NCBI GenBank assembly: GCA_951406725.2
Contig: OX597826.1
Span: forward strand, 79,732,001-79,796,000
Length of the DNA stretch: 64,000 nt
Source of the DNA: Octopus vulgaris
Taxonomy: Eukaryota
Direction of reading: 5' to 3'
Shown: positions 1 through 14,121 of the stretch, piece by piece
How the letters are laid out: every line of letters starts with the position of its first letter
Position numbering within the stretch: position 1 is the first letter of the stretch
Translations under genes and position numbers: made by a program
The notes under the pieces: generated by a model
The model's input: only the letters and a program-made list of their open reading frames with translations
Told to the model about the DNA's origin: nothing
Database searches by the model: none

Positions 1-91
1 TTGTTGTTGTCGCTGTTTAACTTCGGGTAAGTCGTCCTGGCTTTAGCAGGCCTATGATCAAAAGCGCTCAAGCCATGGCCACCGTCTAGAC

Positions 92-260
92 CAGTGGTTC
101 TCAACAGGGGGTCCATACGGCCCTTGTGGACCCAAATAAGATCATGTTAATATGAATGGGCAATAAACTAGTTATACAGTACATAAAATATTTACACATT
201 TTTCTATGCAATTCCTAATAATATTTAATGACAAAAAAATATAACAGGAGTTTTTAGGCA
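92..260. mobile_element. hAT (Charlie-like) MITE fragment
   Basis: Starts CAGTGGTTCTCAAC, a typical hAT TIR; related to the elements at 12118-12392 and 38110-38528 (GGGGTCCATA/GGACCC subterminal motifs). No second end seen. Confidence 0.55.
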
Positions 261-267
261 CTCGATC

Positions 268-366
268 CGCTGATCTCGGTGGAATTTGAACTTAAAACGT
301 AAAGTTGAACGAATGCCACTAACCATTTTGGCCGGCGTTCTGATGACTCTGCCAGTTCGCTGCCTT
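268..366 (-). mobile_element. SINE family A, 5' fragment
   Basis: Reverse complement resembles the family A head (GGCAGCGAACTGGCAGAG...GTTCAAATTCCACCGAG); diverged. Confidence 0.65.
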
Positions 367-404
367 GTGTCTATACTATAAAGCAATGCGTGTGCTTGTG
401 TGTG

Positions 405-657
405 TACATACATACATACATACATACATATACATACTTACGTACATACATACATACATACATACATACATACATACATACATACATACATACATACATA
501 CACACATACATACATACATACATACGCATACATACATACATACATACATACATACACACATGCATACATACATACATACATACATACATACATACATACA
601 TACATACATACACACACAGACACACACACACACATACATACATACATCATACATACA

Positions 658-688
<31 letters not shown>
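405..688. repeat. (TACA)n microsatellite
   Basis: Direct reading; source of the YIHT/MYVC pseudo-ORFs. Confidence 0.97.
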
Positions 689-1270
689 CAAATGTTTTGT
701 TATACTTATGTTACGTCCCTTTACGTTTGGAACTGAGATGCACGCTGAATCGATTTAGTCATTCACCGTTATGAGGCTTGTAAAATAAGATACCAATCAT
801 GTACCCGAATAGATTCTATCAATTACGGTCCACGAACAAAACAAACAAACAATTCCGGATCTTAATTGTTGCTTAAAATCGTTATTTAATGCAACGCTGA
901 GGTGGATACGAAAGAGTGTAATTTGTAATATGCGCCAGATGTTATTTATTGTCTCCCTTCATATTCTCAAAGCTTGATTCAGCCAGTGAGGGCGCCTTCA
1001 CGTTCAGGTTCATGGGATTGACATTCTAAGTAACAAGCATTAACGTACTGATGAGATTCAAAGTGGGTGTTTGATAAAATCGGTTGAACATTTCTTTTCC
1101 ACAATGTGTGGCTTTATTCTAATGCTTCGAAACTACCATGAAGAAGCATTTCGCATGACCGAACACACGACAGATAACCTTGTAGGTTCTTCGCTGAAAT
1201 TAATTGAACAAAGGAAAAAAACTTTAGAAGTTTGTTTAATTATTCTGTAGTTGATTAAAAGCTAAATAAA

Positions 1271-1479
1271 AGCGGGGGAACTTGCAGAATTGTTAGCACG
1301 CTGAGCAAAATGTTTAACGGCGTTTCATCCGTTCTGAGTTCAAATTTCATCGGAGTTGACATTGCTTTTCATTCTTTCGGGGTCAACAAAATAAATACCA
1401 GTTGAGCTCAGAGGGTCGATGTAATCGACTTACCCCCACTTCCTGACATTTCTGGCCTTGTGACAAAATTTGAAACCAA
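1271..1479 (+). mobile_element. SINE family A, older monomer
   Basis: tRNA-like head with B box GAGTTCAAATT, core GCTTTTCATTCTTTCGGGGTCAACAAAATAAATACCAG, tail ending TTTGAAACCAAT. Confidence 0.8.
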
Positions 1480-1552
1480 TCAAAAGCTACATATATACAT
1501 TTTAATTTACAAAATTCGTTTTTGGTTGTTGATGATAAATAACCTTGTAAAA

Positions 1553-1949
1553 GGCAGCCAGCTGGCAGACACGTTAGCACGCCGGGTGAAATGCGTAGCC
1601 GTATTTTTCTGCCGTTACGTTCTGAGTTCAAATTCTGCCGAGGTCGACTTTGCTTTTCATCCTTTCGGGGTCGATTAAATAAGTACCAGTTACGCACTGG
1701 GGACAATTTAATCGACTTAATCTGTGTGTCTGTCTTTGTTTGTCCTCTCTGTGTTTAGCCCCTTGTGGGCAGTAAAAAAATAGGTATTTCGTCTGTCGCT
1801 ACGTTCTGAGATCAAATTCCGCCGAGATCGACTTTGCCTTTCATCCTTTCGGGGTCGAAAAATTAAGTACCATTTGCGCACTGGGGTCGATCGAATCGAC
1901 TAGCCCCCTCCCCCAAAGTTTCGGGCCTCGTACGTAGAGTAGAAAAGAA
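1553..1949 (+). mobile_element. SINE family A, dimeric copy
   Basis: Head GGCAGCCAGCTGGCAGAC, B box GAGTTCAAATTC, core CTTTCATCCTTTCGGGGTCGA present twice, two different tails. The core resembles the Meta/MESC SINE domain (recalled, not searched). Confidence 0.9.
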
Positions 1950-2109
1950 TACCTGAAAATTATTTTATCGTCCTCTTTCTGTCGAACCGTTAATTTACGG
2001 GTTATGAAAAATCATAGACACAGACATGAACGCACACACAGACGAGGGGCTTCCGCATAGATTCCATCAATCAAAGTGCGCTCAGAAAGCATTGGTAGAA
2101 TCGAGGTTG

Positions 2110-2424
2110 TAATTTATCGACCCTGAAAGGAGGAAAAGCAAAGTCTACCTCGGCAGAATTTGAACTCAGAACGTAAAGACAGACGAAATACCGATTCCTT
2201 TACTACCCACAAAGGGCTAAACACAGAGAGGACAAACAAGGACAGACAAACGGATTAAGTCGATTATATAGACCCCAGTGCGTAACTGGTACTTAATTTA
2301 TCGACCCCGAAAGGATGAAAGGCAAAGTTGACCTCGGCTGAATTTGAACTCAGAACGTAACGGCAGACGAAATACGGCTACGCATTTCGTCCGGCGTGCT
2401 AACGTTTCTGCCAGCTCGCCGCCT
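2110..2424 (-). mobile_element. SINE family A, dimeric copy
   Basis: Reverse complement of the 1553-1949 type; head ends ...CTGCCAGCTCGCCGCCTT. Confidence 0.9.
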
Positions 2425-3981
2425 TTTTCGGAACAAACTTATTGCCAAAGTAAAGCGAATGAGCAAGAACTAAATCTTTGCCCAATTAAAACCTTTGACT
2501 CGAAAGGGACCTTACTGGCTTGAGTTCGGCGCATAATTTGTACACACATGTATCCAGTCAGCTGTTGATCTATTATCAATTGATACGGAAATATTTGTTA
2601 AAAGTTTGAAATTGTCCCATAAACACAATTCATGTAACACACCCAAAAGTATTTTGTAATTTTACTGGAGTAGAATACAAAATACTATTAAGACAGGATA
2701 ATATCATATTTTTGTTAATGCTATCAGCAATTAAAAACAATCTTTACGTTTTTATTGACTTGAAATCTACCCTGTAAAAATATTACACGTGGCCTGCTAG
2801 CATTTCCACTTAAAGTGGATGCTGTGTTAGAACAAAAAATAGTGCGTTATGTACCACAAGGGAACCTCTCTTATGGACTTGTGGCACTCATGTTTATGTC
2901 GCTGGTGAGTGAGAAGCGGAGGTTATTGCCCGTCAGTGATATAAGCAGGAGTGCTTTTATGCACCAGAAATGCATATGAGGTGGGGGGTCTTCTCGTGGT
3001 AAATTACGCAGCATTTTGTGTATCAACACAACATGCACTTTAAATGGAAGATAAATATTACCATTTGGTATTAATGCTGCCTCTGCCGTTATTAACTATT
3101 TTACTCGTGACATATTTATAAAATTTAGAGTGTAAAGATGTGAAAATAAAGCCAAAAGAAAAGTAGAAAGAAAATATGAAAAGGTAATCCACAAAATATA
3201 AAAACAAGTACGTAAATTCATGAATAAAATGAATAAAGTAGCTGGAGAATATAAATTAGCATAGTAAAATGAAAAGAGATATTGTTGTTTCGTGCTGTAG
3301 CATCCCTGACGAGGCGACCTTGTTTTTCAGGCGTAATAATCATTCATTGTCCTATTGGTCGTTCCCTTTTGTAAAACGGTTTGATTTAAGCATTTAGCTG
3401 ATATTTGTAGAGGGTCGAACAGCCACAACCACAAAAATTTCTATGTTCTGTACAAAATCAATAAATTCATAGAGCAGAGGTAGAATGAAGTGAATCGATA
3501 TTACATCGAATCACAGAACATTACTGGTCATTCGTTATGTTATCGATTTGTGGTGGTACTTAATGAAAGTGAAAATTAATCTCGGCAGAATTTCAATAGA
3601 GAACATAAAGCGAGGGAAGTAAATAACGTAAAACCCGATATAAACTCACTTTGAAAAAACAAAAAACAAAACAAATATAGGAAAATGTTATGTTTAAAAA
3701 AAATACAAAATCAAATCATAAAACGATTGCAGAGTGGAAGACACGTTTCAGCCATTTAAAAATACACAAAAGCTGTTAACTTTAGTCGTTCTGGTTGGGT
3801 GGTGATAGTTGGTCATGAGCAGCCAACCAGAACGGGTGACCTAATTAGAATAGAAGAAACAACTCTGCTGCCTATGGATATATATCAATCAACAGCCTCA
3901 TAAACGAGATGCTGTGGAATCGTGTCAGTGACCAAGTCGTAGGTGGTGCGAGGAAAGTTTTGGCACCAAATAATAAATGTT

Positions 3982-4194
3982 TAGGAGGGCGTGTAGAAAA
4001 GTTCCTGTAAAAGAAAATACAGGAAGATCTGTCAGCAATGGTTTATTCAACATATTAGCCTCTCAGATTTACACACTTATTGCAGCCGTCCTTCGGTTTT
4101 TCTAAGCCCTGTAAAAGAACAATGAAGGTTGGGTACCCAGCTAGCTCTTTCGCGACACCCTTAAAGCCACGAAAGTTTTAACAGCCCCCTCGTA
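3982..4194. mobile_element. mariner-type MITE
   Basis: Ends TAGGAGGGCG...CCCCCTCGTA; colinear with 21319-21542. Confidence 0.7.
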
Positions 4195-4609
4195 AGTGAA
4201 GTTAACAGTCTTTGTGATTGTGTGTATGTGTGTGTGTGTGTGTGTGTTTAATGACAAACATGACAAATATGTGCTTGCAATGATGTTAGTTTCAATACAC
4301 AATCTCAGATCAAATCGATCGCCTGGCAATAACACCTCTCAAATCATAAAAAAATTTATGCTAGTTATGGAATGGTTTCAAAGGTATGTAGTAACACACA
4401 CATTTGCTTGAGAAACCAGTCAATTCCATAGATCATAGTACTTTCCAAGAATTTATTTCATCGATTCTGCAAAATGAAAAATGAAAAGTATAACCAGCTT
4501 TGGGAGCATTTGAACTCAAAACCTAAATTAACAAACATGAACATCTCATCAGCAAACGCTTCTCTAAAATTCTGAACATATGAATAAAACAATATTTATT
4601 TTATTTATA

Positions 4610-4771
4610 GGCGCAGGAGTGGCTGTGTGGTAAGTAGATTGCTTACCAAACACATGGTTCCGGGTTCAGTCCCATTGCGTGGTACCTTGGGCAAGTGTCT
4701 CCTACTTTAGCCTCGGGCCAACCAAGGCCTTGTGAGTGGATTTGGTGGATGGAAACTGAAAGAAGCCCGTC

Positions 4772-4814
<43 letters not shown>

Positions 4815-5010
4815 TGTGTGTCGGTGTTTGTCCCTCCAACATCACTTGACAACTGATGTTGGTGTGTTTATGTCCCTGTAACTTAGCGGTTCGGCAAAAG
4901 AGAATAAGTACTAGGCTTACAAAGAATAAGTCTTGTGGTCGATTTGCTCGACTAAAGGCGGTGCTCCAGCATGGCCGCAGTCAAAGTAACTGAAACAAGT
5001 AAAAGAGTAA
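4610..5010 (+). mobile_element. SINE family B, full length, internal (TA)n/(TG)n
   Basis: Head GGCGCAGGAGTGGCTGTGTGGTAAG (A box), GGGTTCAGTCCC (B-box-like), CCTTGGGCAAG motif, internal microsatellite, 3' end ...GAAACAAGTAAAAGAG. Many copies in the window. Confidence 0.92.
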
Positions 5011-5569
5011 ATGTTTATATCAGTCAATTTATTTTCGACCCCTTCGTTGTGTTTCTTTTTCTTTTCTTGTTTTTGGTTTAATCAAATTTGAAGAATACAG
5101 ATTCACATATTCTCAACAAGAGAGCTATGATAGTCAATTGCAACAGTTCTCAGACCAAGTTTCCGCGAATCCAGCGGATGAGTGAAATATTTCTATGGTT
5201 TTGGCATAAGTCTTATTTATATGAGTAACACACGAAGATGGTCAACGACTCAAAGGCTGTTGATTCGAAACCAGAAATCGCGAACTGGTAGTACAAGTTG
5301 GTTGCTTCGCATTAGCTTCTCTATTCCGTGCAGAATCTGAGGCATTGGACTTATGTAAGAAAGAATATCATTTATTCTGAAGCGAACAGAATGTAGTTTT
5401 CTTTTTCTTATGAAACATTATATGCTACTCACTTATCTTGGCTTCGTATACTGACAGAAAAAAATAAACCATTTTTTTTTTATCATATCAGTTTACGAAT
5501 ACGTGTCTTTTTATATTTTTTCATTCTCTGCTGAATGGTTGTGCTTTAAACACGAGATATTTCTTTTCT

Positions 5570-5720
5570 CCAAGGTACATAAACAAAATATGTGATTTTC
5601 GTAATAATTCTAATGTAACTTGGGTCACCAACATAGAAGACTTTACTTTTCGAGAGGCTAGAAAATAAAATCGTAATTCTAACGATGTTCGAACATGCTT
5701 TCAAGAAACCAAATATATGG
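5570..5720 (-). pseudogene. possible Penelope GIY-YIG endonuclease relic
   Basis: Minus frame reads SNIVRITI...KVFYVGD, with TATTACGAAAATCAC (YYENH) just downstream; weak match to SNVVY...YIG.T...RY.NH. Confidence 0.3.
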
Positions 5721-6326
5721 AAGAACATTAAACAATTTTGTCCGATTTTTACTATGGCAGTAGATTCCACGAATCAATAGCAGTAAATATCGAAGAGCAT
5801 TTCGTCCGACATTGACCGTGTCTGATTCTATAAAACTGGTTAATTTGACCTTCACTCCGTTAACGTTTCTTACAATCCTTTCATGTACTACTTTTAATAA
5901 GAAATTCTACTCCCTTTATCGCAGAGTAATTCACATAAGTTTATTCACTGTCACTGCTCTGCTTTGAATAAGACGTTGAAACTATTCTACTCACAGAACA
6001 GGTAACAGGTGAGAACTGAAAAAAGTTCTGTGGTTTACTAATTCGCTGCGTCGTGATGGAATTTTCCCACGCGAAGATTCAATGAGGATTTGAAAGAAAT
6101 GCGATATTTTGACAGATTTACGGATATAAAACACGAAACACGAACCTAAATAAATAAGTAAATGCCAGCATGGCAAGCAAACGGAGCGCTGAATATATTC
6201 ACACCTTGTCTTATTTTCCTATTAAAACTTATATTGTATCCAATTTGTGTAAACAGCATAAAAAAAACAAAAAAAACAATGCTGCCAAGAAATTAGTAGA
6301 AATCATCACTTTTGACACTAATATAG

Positions 6327-6755
6327 TCTTTTATTTGTTTCAGTCATTTGACTGCGGCCATGCTGGAGCACCACCTTTAATCGTCGAACAAATCGACCCC
6401 AGGACTTATTCTTTGTCAGCCTAGTACTTATTCTATTGGTCTCTTTTGCCGAACCGCTAAGTTACGGGGGACGCAAACTCATCAGCATCGGTTGTCAAGC
6501 GATGTTGTGGGGACAAACACAGGCACACAAACGCGCGCGCACACACATACACACACACACACACATACACACGCACACACACACATATATATATATACAT
6601 ACACACGATGGGCTTCTTTCTTGTCTACCAAATCCATTCATAAGGCTCTGGTCGTCCCGCGTCTATAGTAGAAAACACTTTCCCAAGGTGCCACACAGTG
6701 GGACTGAACCCAGAACCATGTGGTTGGTAAGCAAGCTACTTACCGCTCCTGCGCC
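6327..6755 (-). mobile_element. SINE family B
   Basis: Reverse complement of the 4610-5010 type with internal (CA)n. Confidence 0.9.
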
Positions 6756-7491
6756 TATAATCATCATGATTATAGTCTGTGTGAATATCATATTCACCAA
6801 CATCAATATTTGCATGGTTTTTCAGGCCACTCGTGAGGAAACCATATACCAATACCACACAGCCACACATATTTGTTGCAATTTTGTATCCATACACACG
6901 AGGTGAGGATATCTTTACAAGTTAAGAATTATCATTTCTTTTACAACGCTATTGCTAGAGTCTCGCCGTAAAGCAAAGAACGATAAGTTTTATTGATTTT
7001 AATTTAATTAAAGTGAAATCAAAGACAGTCAGCAATGGTTTAGATTTCATATAAATAATAGTATTGTAAACCGCCGTATCTACAGTGAAGAGGAAAATAT
7101 TTTCGAATACTTTTAAAGACGAGATGTAAGCAACGTCATCTTCTAAACTCCATAACTCGAGAACCAAAAACGCAATTTTTCGCAGACAAGCAGATAAACA
7201 CTTCAGTTATAATCATACTCAGAAGACAATAAATGGCTATGAATTACTATCACATAAACATTGGAATTTCTAGAATGAAGATCATAAATTCAACGTTGTA
7301 TAATACACGTTCAGAAATCTTTAAACGAGGAAAAAAATCAATTATGTCATATAGATAAATCTCGATCTACTTTTATTTCAAATTAATTCAGCCTTGGAGG
7401 CGTCATTGTAAGACCAGTGAATTATTTATTAATTTATTTTGTATAATTTAGACTGGCCGAGATGACGTCATGACAGAGGTGATTCGAATGC

Positions 7492-7535
7492 GTAGCACTG
7501 ACGAGGTGCAGTGCTGCGAAATGCGCGTCTGTTAC
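7492..7535 (+). ncRNA. minimal type I hammerhead ribozyme motif (Penelope-type)
   Basis: GUAGCA CUGACGA GGUGCAGUGCUGC GAAA UGCGCG UC UGUUAC: 6-bp stem I (GUAGCA/UGUUAC), intact core, GUC triplet, stem III with palindromic GCGC loop; stem II register is imperfect. Confidence 0.75.
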
Positions 7536-8409
7536 TCTCACTGTTGCTTCCGAGATGGTTTAGTTCAGTTTAGCTCTGAAATATAGTTTTACGATTTTTA
7601 TCTCACTACGTTTATAAAGGGATCCTTCCCGAGATTTCCACTGTAGCCTACGACTGTTCAACGATATACATGGGTTACATGTGTCATATAGGTAAAAATT
7701 ATTTTAATGTTGCTTGAATTTGTTTCGAAAATTAAAGTAAAAAGTTAACTATCTTATCTATTTAGATAACTGTCCCTGGTTATATAAAATCCGAAGATCG
7801 CAAACTATTATAGAAAATACAAATCAGAATAAAACTAATTTCTATCAACGATGATAGAATTATGAAACACGGAGATGATAGAATAATTCGTCCATTATTA
7901 TCATTTTTATTAGAAACAACTCAGTATAGAAACTATCACGAAACTATCGTATATTATTCGTCTCTTATAAATTTGGATATCAAAAATCGCAGCGACTCCA
8001 GAATAATGAAATGGAGAAAAACGTTGGACGAATTGACGCCAATAAAATATTGATTTTTAAAGAAAAAGAGACTAACAAACAAACAAAAAGTAAAGTAAAA
8101 CAAAACTGTAACAGAAGAATGTAACCATTCCAGCAACAAGCAATTTAGTTTTATGCACCGAGCGATTATCTTCGAGATTCCAATTTAAATAAATGTTGTG
8201 AATTATATTCTATGTGAATGAAAATGTAGTGTCTGTAGTGGATGGCGAGCAGTTTGTGTGTATGTGCGAGCGTAAATTGCTTGAGTATGGATGAGGGTAA
8301 GGATATAAGTTAGTTAGGTTCATAAACAACGTCATCACGTGTGCACATGTATTTGCGTATACAACTGGCGACGTCTGTTGGCAGATTTCGTTTAGTATAT
8401 TTAAGTTAT

Positions 8410-8775
<366 letters not shown>

Positions 8776-8820
8776 AGTAAATAAATGGAGTCGAACGCAG
8801 ATGCTATTCAAATTCTTTTA

Positions 8821-8903
8821 CTTTCGACATATGTTTCAAAGACAACATTGGTTTTATTCCAAAGGGATAAACGATGTAAAATGCAATCTTCTCATCAGGA
8901 AGA
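8821..8903 (-). ncRNA. type I hammerhead motif with extended stem II
   Basis: Minus strand UCUUC CUGAUGA GAAGAUUGCAUU...AAUGUUGUCUUU GAAAC AUAU GUC GAAAG: intact core, palindromic stem III ACAUAUGU, stem I with one mismatch. Confidence 0.72.
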
Positions 8904-10023
8904 GAGCCTATCTCAAGAACAAAACATTATAACAATTTTGATGACTGCATAAATGATAAACAGGACGTTATTAAGTACTTAATTAGTAGATTCGTGTATT
9001 CTCATGCATATAGTTGCATATCTAGACATGCTTATATATATTTAAATGATAAACTTCTGGAAAGTTTTACAGATTTTTAAGTTCCAGGGATGGATTGGAT
9101 CTGTAGTCTCCGAATTAGCTTTCTCCTTTCTGGTTTTCAGAAGCCTAATTTCTCAAGATTGGTATTTAGGCAGTGTGTTACATATTCCGGATATATGTCA
9201 ATAAATGTGTGTATACGTGTGTATATAATGCAATCATAAATGAATGTCTGAAGACACCGAAGAAGTGAAATATTTGTTGTTGATATGAATGTTCAAACTA
9301 ATTCTTTGCTATACATCAGCAAGTTACAAATTTAAATGTTTTGTATTATGCGTTATTCTGTATTAATAATTTCCAAATACTTTTGACATTTAAAATACTG
9401 CAAGGTACATCAAATATTTTGGAAATATCTAAAATTGTCATCAGAAAAAGAAAAATCTTATTTAGTGAATCAGGTAGTCTTCCGTAGTTCTTTAAAGAGA
9501 TCTTGTGAGTCTTCGTATTTGAGTTGTATCCATTTTAAATCAAGCATTGATATACAAGTGTACTGTTTAATATGCCCGCGCGCGTTCATACTTAGATATA
9601 TGTAAAAGATTGCTTAAATACATACATGTTTACACACATATTCACACACACATCCAGTATGCTTACATGCATGTATATCATTAGTTTGTGAAGCAACTTA
9701 AAAGATGTATCACCGGATACCCTCAAGTGGAAAGATGTTGGTCCTATGAAAGTATGTCTTGTAATATCAGAGCTCGTTGTTCGGCTGATGGATTGATTTG
9801 CACGGCTGCAGGCGGATTTGTCTAGTTGCAGCACCTAGGATATATTTGCCTCGGTGTATGACTTTATTCTATGGAAGTTAGCAAAGCTGAAAACAATGGT
9901 ATCTAGACATGAATAACCAGCTTTAATATTATGAACGTTAAAAAGCCTAAGTATTTATGTAGGTTTGAGAAGCGGTTTCTTATGAATGATACGTTTTTGC
10001 AGAGACACGGAAGACAATTTAGT

Positions 10024-10061
<38 letters not shown>

Positions 10062-10283
10062 CATTTCAAAATGTAGCTACGTGTGGATTGTTGGCGATTT
10101 TCCCCTCCGTCTTCCTTTCTATTAGACTTTCCTCTGTCACCTGTTTCTGAAGAAGATCTTTGCTGAGAACGTAAAACTAACTTTCTTTCTTTTCCTGAGC
10201 GTCTGTTAATAATTTGCATGTACCACGTCCCCACGTTGTTGTTTTCTTCTTCTTGTATTTTTCTTCGTTTTTAGGGGGTATTG

Positions 10284-10321
<38 letters not shown>

Positions 10322-11015
10322 CATAAAAAATACAGGATTATAACGTCTGGAATACTTTTAGTTATGCAATTTATTTAATGAGGCTGACCTGCAGTTGAAA
10401 AATAACAACAACCCTTCGACCCAGCATTCGGATCTGTGAAAGACCGTCTACGATTTTACTTGAGCTGCTAGAAATAGCCGCATTTTCCCATCCAATCACA
10501 TGCTAATATCTTTTAAAAAATGGGCAGTGCATACTAGAAAATACTGTTTAGGAGAGACCTACTGAAATGTTATGGCAATGGATCGACTAAATTTGAAAAA
10601 TGATAGGTCTCCTCGCTCAAGTTTGACCCCAGGACTAAGTGACAGCCAGAAAACTATCAGCAGCATTTTAGCAGTTATAAGATCATTAACTCAGTTACTG
10701 ATCTAATTTCGCTTAAAGTATGTCCTTTAGACAGGACATAGGTTAAGTTGAAATAGAGATCTAAGGTCATTCAGGCGGAAATATATGCTGATTAAGTATC
10801 TAAATGTCTGAAAATAAGTTGTTACTATGATTAACATTTTCAGGCTATTAAACACATCTTTAAAGATGAACATTATTTTAATATTTACAGCCGCAAAATG
10901 AAATTAATAGTCCAAAGAAAAAAAAATTATGAGAGACGTCGTCGTTGGAATTGTTTTCGTTATTTGCCTCTCGTTGTCGTTGCTTAGGCTCAAATCATGT
11001 TTGTTGTCTTTGGTA

Positions 11016-11478
11016 AAGCGGCAAGCTGACAATGTCATTGACACGCCGGGCAAAATGCTTAGAGGCATATCGTTAGTTATGGTGGTGAGCTAGCAGAAAC
11101 GTTAGCACGCCGGGCGAAATGCTTAGCAGTATTTCGTCTGCTGTTACGTTCTGAGTTCAAATTTCACCGAGGGCGACTTTGCCTTTCATCCTTTCGGGGT
11201 CGATGAATTAAGTACCAGTTACGCACTGGGGTCGATGTAATAGACTTAATCCGTTTGTCAGTCCTTGTTTGTCCTCTTTATGTTTAGCCCCTTGTGGGTA
11301 GTAAAGAAATAGGTATTTCGTTAGTTTTTATCTTCTCAATTCAAATTCCGCTGAGTTAGACCTTGCCTTTCATTCTTTCGGGGTCAATAAAATAAGTACC
11401 AATTGAACACCGGAACTGATGTAATCGACTTACTCCCTTCCTGAAATTGCTGGCCTTCTGCAAAAATTTGAAACCAAT
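11016..11478 (+). mobile_element. SINE family A, nested or multimeric
   Basis: Older head at 11016, younger monomer about 11080-11312, then a second core and the older tail ...TTTGAAACCAAT. Confidence 0.88.
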
Positions 11479-12117
11479 GGTGTGTTGTGGAATACATTAG
11501 CCAATGTGTACTTTTTTAAATGGTCAGATTTGTATGGGTTTAGAAAATTTAGCTGCTGTTTCTAGCATATTCAGAAATCATCTGGATGCTCTTTGTTTGC
11601 TTGCTTGTCACCAACAGTCATATATGGCACGGCTTGTTCTCCTATTTTACTACGCTTCTATACTTTTGCTTGCTAATTGTAAACTCAAATCTTGCAGGGA
11701 AACATCGTCAGTGTATAAAAGATACTGATATTTATAATTACACAGATGTAATATGTTTGTTATATAATCAATTAATTAACGGGAGCGAAGCACGAGGATA
11801 GGATAATTAGTAATGTAAGATAAACATAAGAACGTCATCATTGCTCAACAAACACTATTTACTTTTGCTATTTAGATATCGTGATTGAAACGAGGATTTT
11901 TATCTTTTTGGTTTTCTGCGGGTACAAAAATGAAACTATTTGAATATTTCAAGTAGTTATTAATGTTTTATCAGAGATTAGACACCCGTTTACTGACTAC
12001 AGAGACTACTATACATTTATAGCTATTTGTACATTTACAAATCCTGGATAGAATTAAATCGTTTTGCATGATCGTACAAGTGCTGATAATATATTTTAAC
12101 CAATACCTGTAATAAAT

Positions 12118-12392
12118 CAGGAGACCTGAATCATTTCTTACCTAAGGACCCCCTTTCATTACTATTTTACTTGTGCGGACCCCATAGTCATCCGATATCC
12201 AAAAAATCCTATTGTATTTTTGTGATTAAATTTTATTACGAATTGTATAGAAAACTGTTTAAATATTTTGTGTATTGTAGAAATATAACCAGTTTATGGC
12301 CCCTTAAATTTTTGCAGCAAAATCTTAGAAGGACCCCTTTAGGTCATGTGCACCCCTTGGGGTCATATGGACCCCGGCTGAGAGAACCACAG
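12118..12392. mobile_element. hAT MITE (degenerate)
   Basis: CAGGAGACCTGAA...GAGAACCACAG ends with GGACCCC subterminal repeats; homologous to 38110-38528. Confidence 0.6.
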
Positions 12393-12796
12393 CAATAAAC
12401 GTGAATGCGATGAACAGAAATATTTTGTCGATTCAAGAGAGTATAAAAGTGGGTTTTCTAAAGATGGGAGTTATTGCAAAGGGAGATAATCATTTCTTCA
12501 TATCATGAGGCGGGATTAGAAATTTGAATTTATAAAAGAATACGAATAGAAAAGATGATTTGAAGTTACAGGTTAAATGTTTTTGTTTACTAATTAAGAA
12601 GTTTAATACACTGACTAGTAACATAATTTAATCTGGCTGTGAAATGTAAACCTGGTGGTTAACCACGTACTCGATTTTCTTTCTCGATGGCCATAGTTTG
12701 ATTTACTAATCATTGATATTAATCTAAACTCTGAAAATTACTTTGGTCTCAGCCAAACTGCTATTGTCATTTTATGTTTGTATGTGTTCTCGTGGA

Positions 12797-12829
<33 letters not shown>

Positions 12830-12957
12830 AGTGAGTGAGAGAGGGTGAGTGAGAGAGAGAACGTGAGATAGATAGAGAGATATATGAAAAAAGGAGAAAG
12901 AAAGAGAGTAGATACACAAAAAGATAGATGTAGATTATGAATATGCGAATATGAGCC

Positions 12958-12990
<33 letters not shown>

Positions 12991-13185
12991 TTACTGAGAC
13001 TGGAAGTATATAATCCTGCACTATTGCAATCATAACATTACAGGAACACGTTACGCTAGACAAACTGTTGAAGGTCTTCGGGTAAAAATATACTAAAAAT
13101 ATGAGAAGAAAAATACTGAAGTCACGTTCGTGTTTTAAGGCTAATTCCTGATTGTTGGAACAGTTACAAATCTTTCTCTTTCTCT

Positions 13186-13187
<2 letters not shown>

Positions 13188-13272
<85 letters not shown>

Positions 13273-13301
13273 GTATACACCCATGCACACATACATCATG
13301 A

Positions 13302-13339
<38 letters not shown>

Positions 13340-13340
13340 C

Positions 13341-13423
<83 letters not shown>

Positions 13424-13430
13424 ATATATG

Positions 13431-13467
<37 letters not shown>
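13188..13467. repeat. (CA)n/(TA)n compound microsatellite
   Basis: Direct reading. Confidence 0.95.
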
Positions 13468-13469
<2 letters not shown>

Positions 13470-13730
13470 GAAGCGTACTTGCTTAAGTAATTAAAATAAT
13501 GTCAGTGACGAAACTAATGTCTTTTTTTCACAGCTTAAGTATTTCTAATTAGATATTTTAACGCTAATTTGTGTTTTCTAACCAAGTAAGTTGTTTTCTA
13601 ATTAGATATTTGAACGGGTCACTACACTAAATATGTTTGCGGCAATTTAAATATAACTTACCTTGCTTGACCGAAAATATCTTCTGTTCGTCAGCTTCTA
13701 TCTTTGTAACGCATATTTATAGTTAGGTAA

Positions 13731-13836
<106 letters not shown>

Positions 13837-14037
13837 TTATGTATAATTTAAATGAGGGAAGAAGTCAGGTTGACATTGCTGCTGTTTCTGTTACCGGACA
13901 ATATTTTCATTTCATATCTCGTACTGTGTTATGCCATTCATACAATGTTACGTAATCACGTCATAATAAGGGGGAAAATATGACATTATTCTGCAGTACA
14001 TTCGCTTTTTGAGATGTCATGCGTAGATACTATAACT

Positions 14038-14098
<61 letters not shown>

Positions 14099-14121
14099 CA
14101 TATACATATATATAACAACAA

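Noticed and set aside
365-774. Long ORFs rich in YI/HT/CV (here and throughout the window)
   Set aside because: Translations of stop-free microsatellites; no coding signal.
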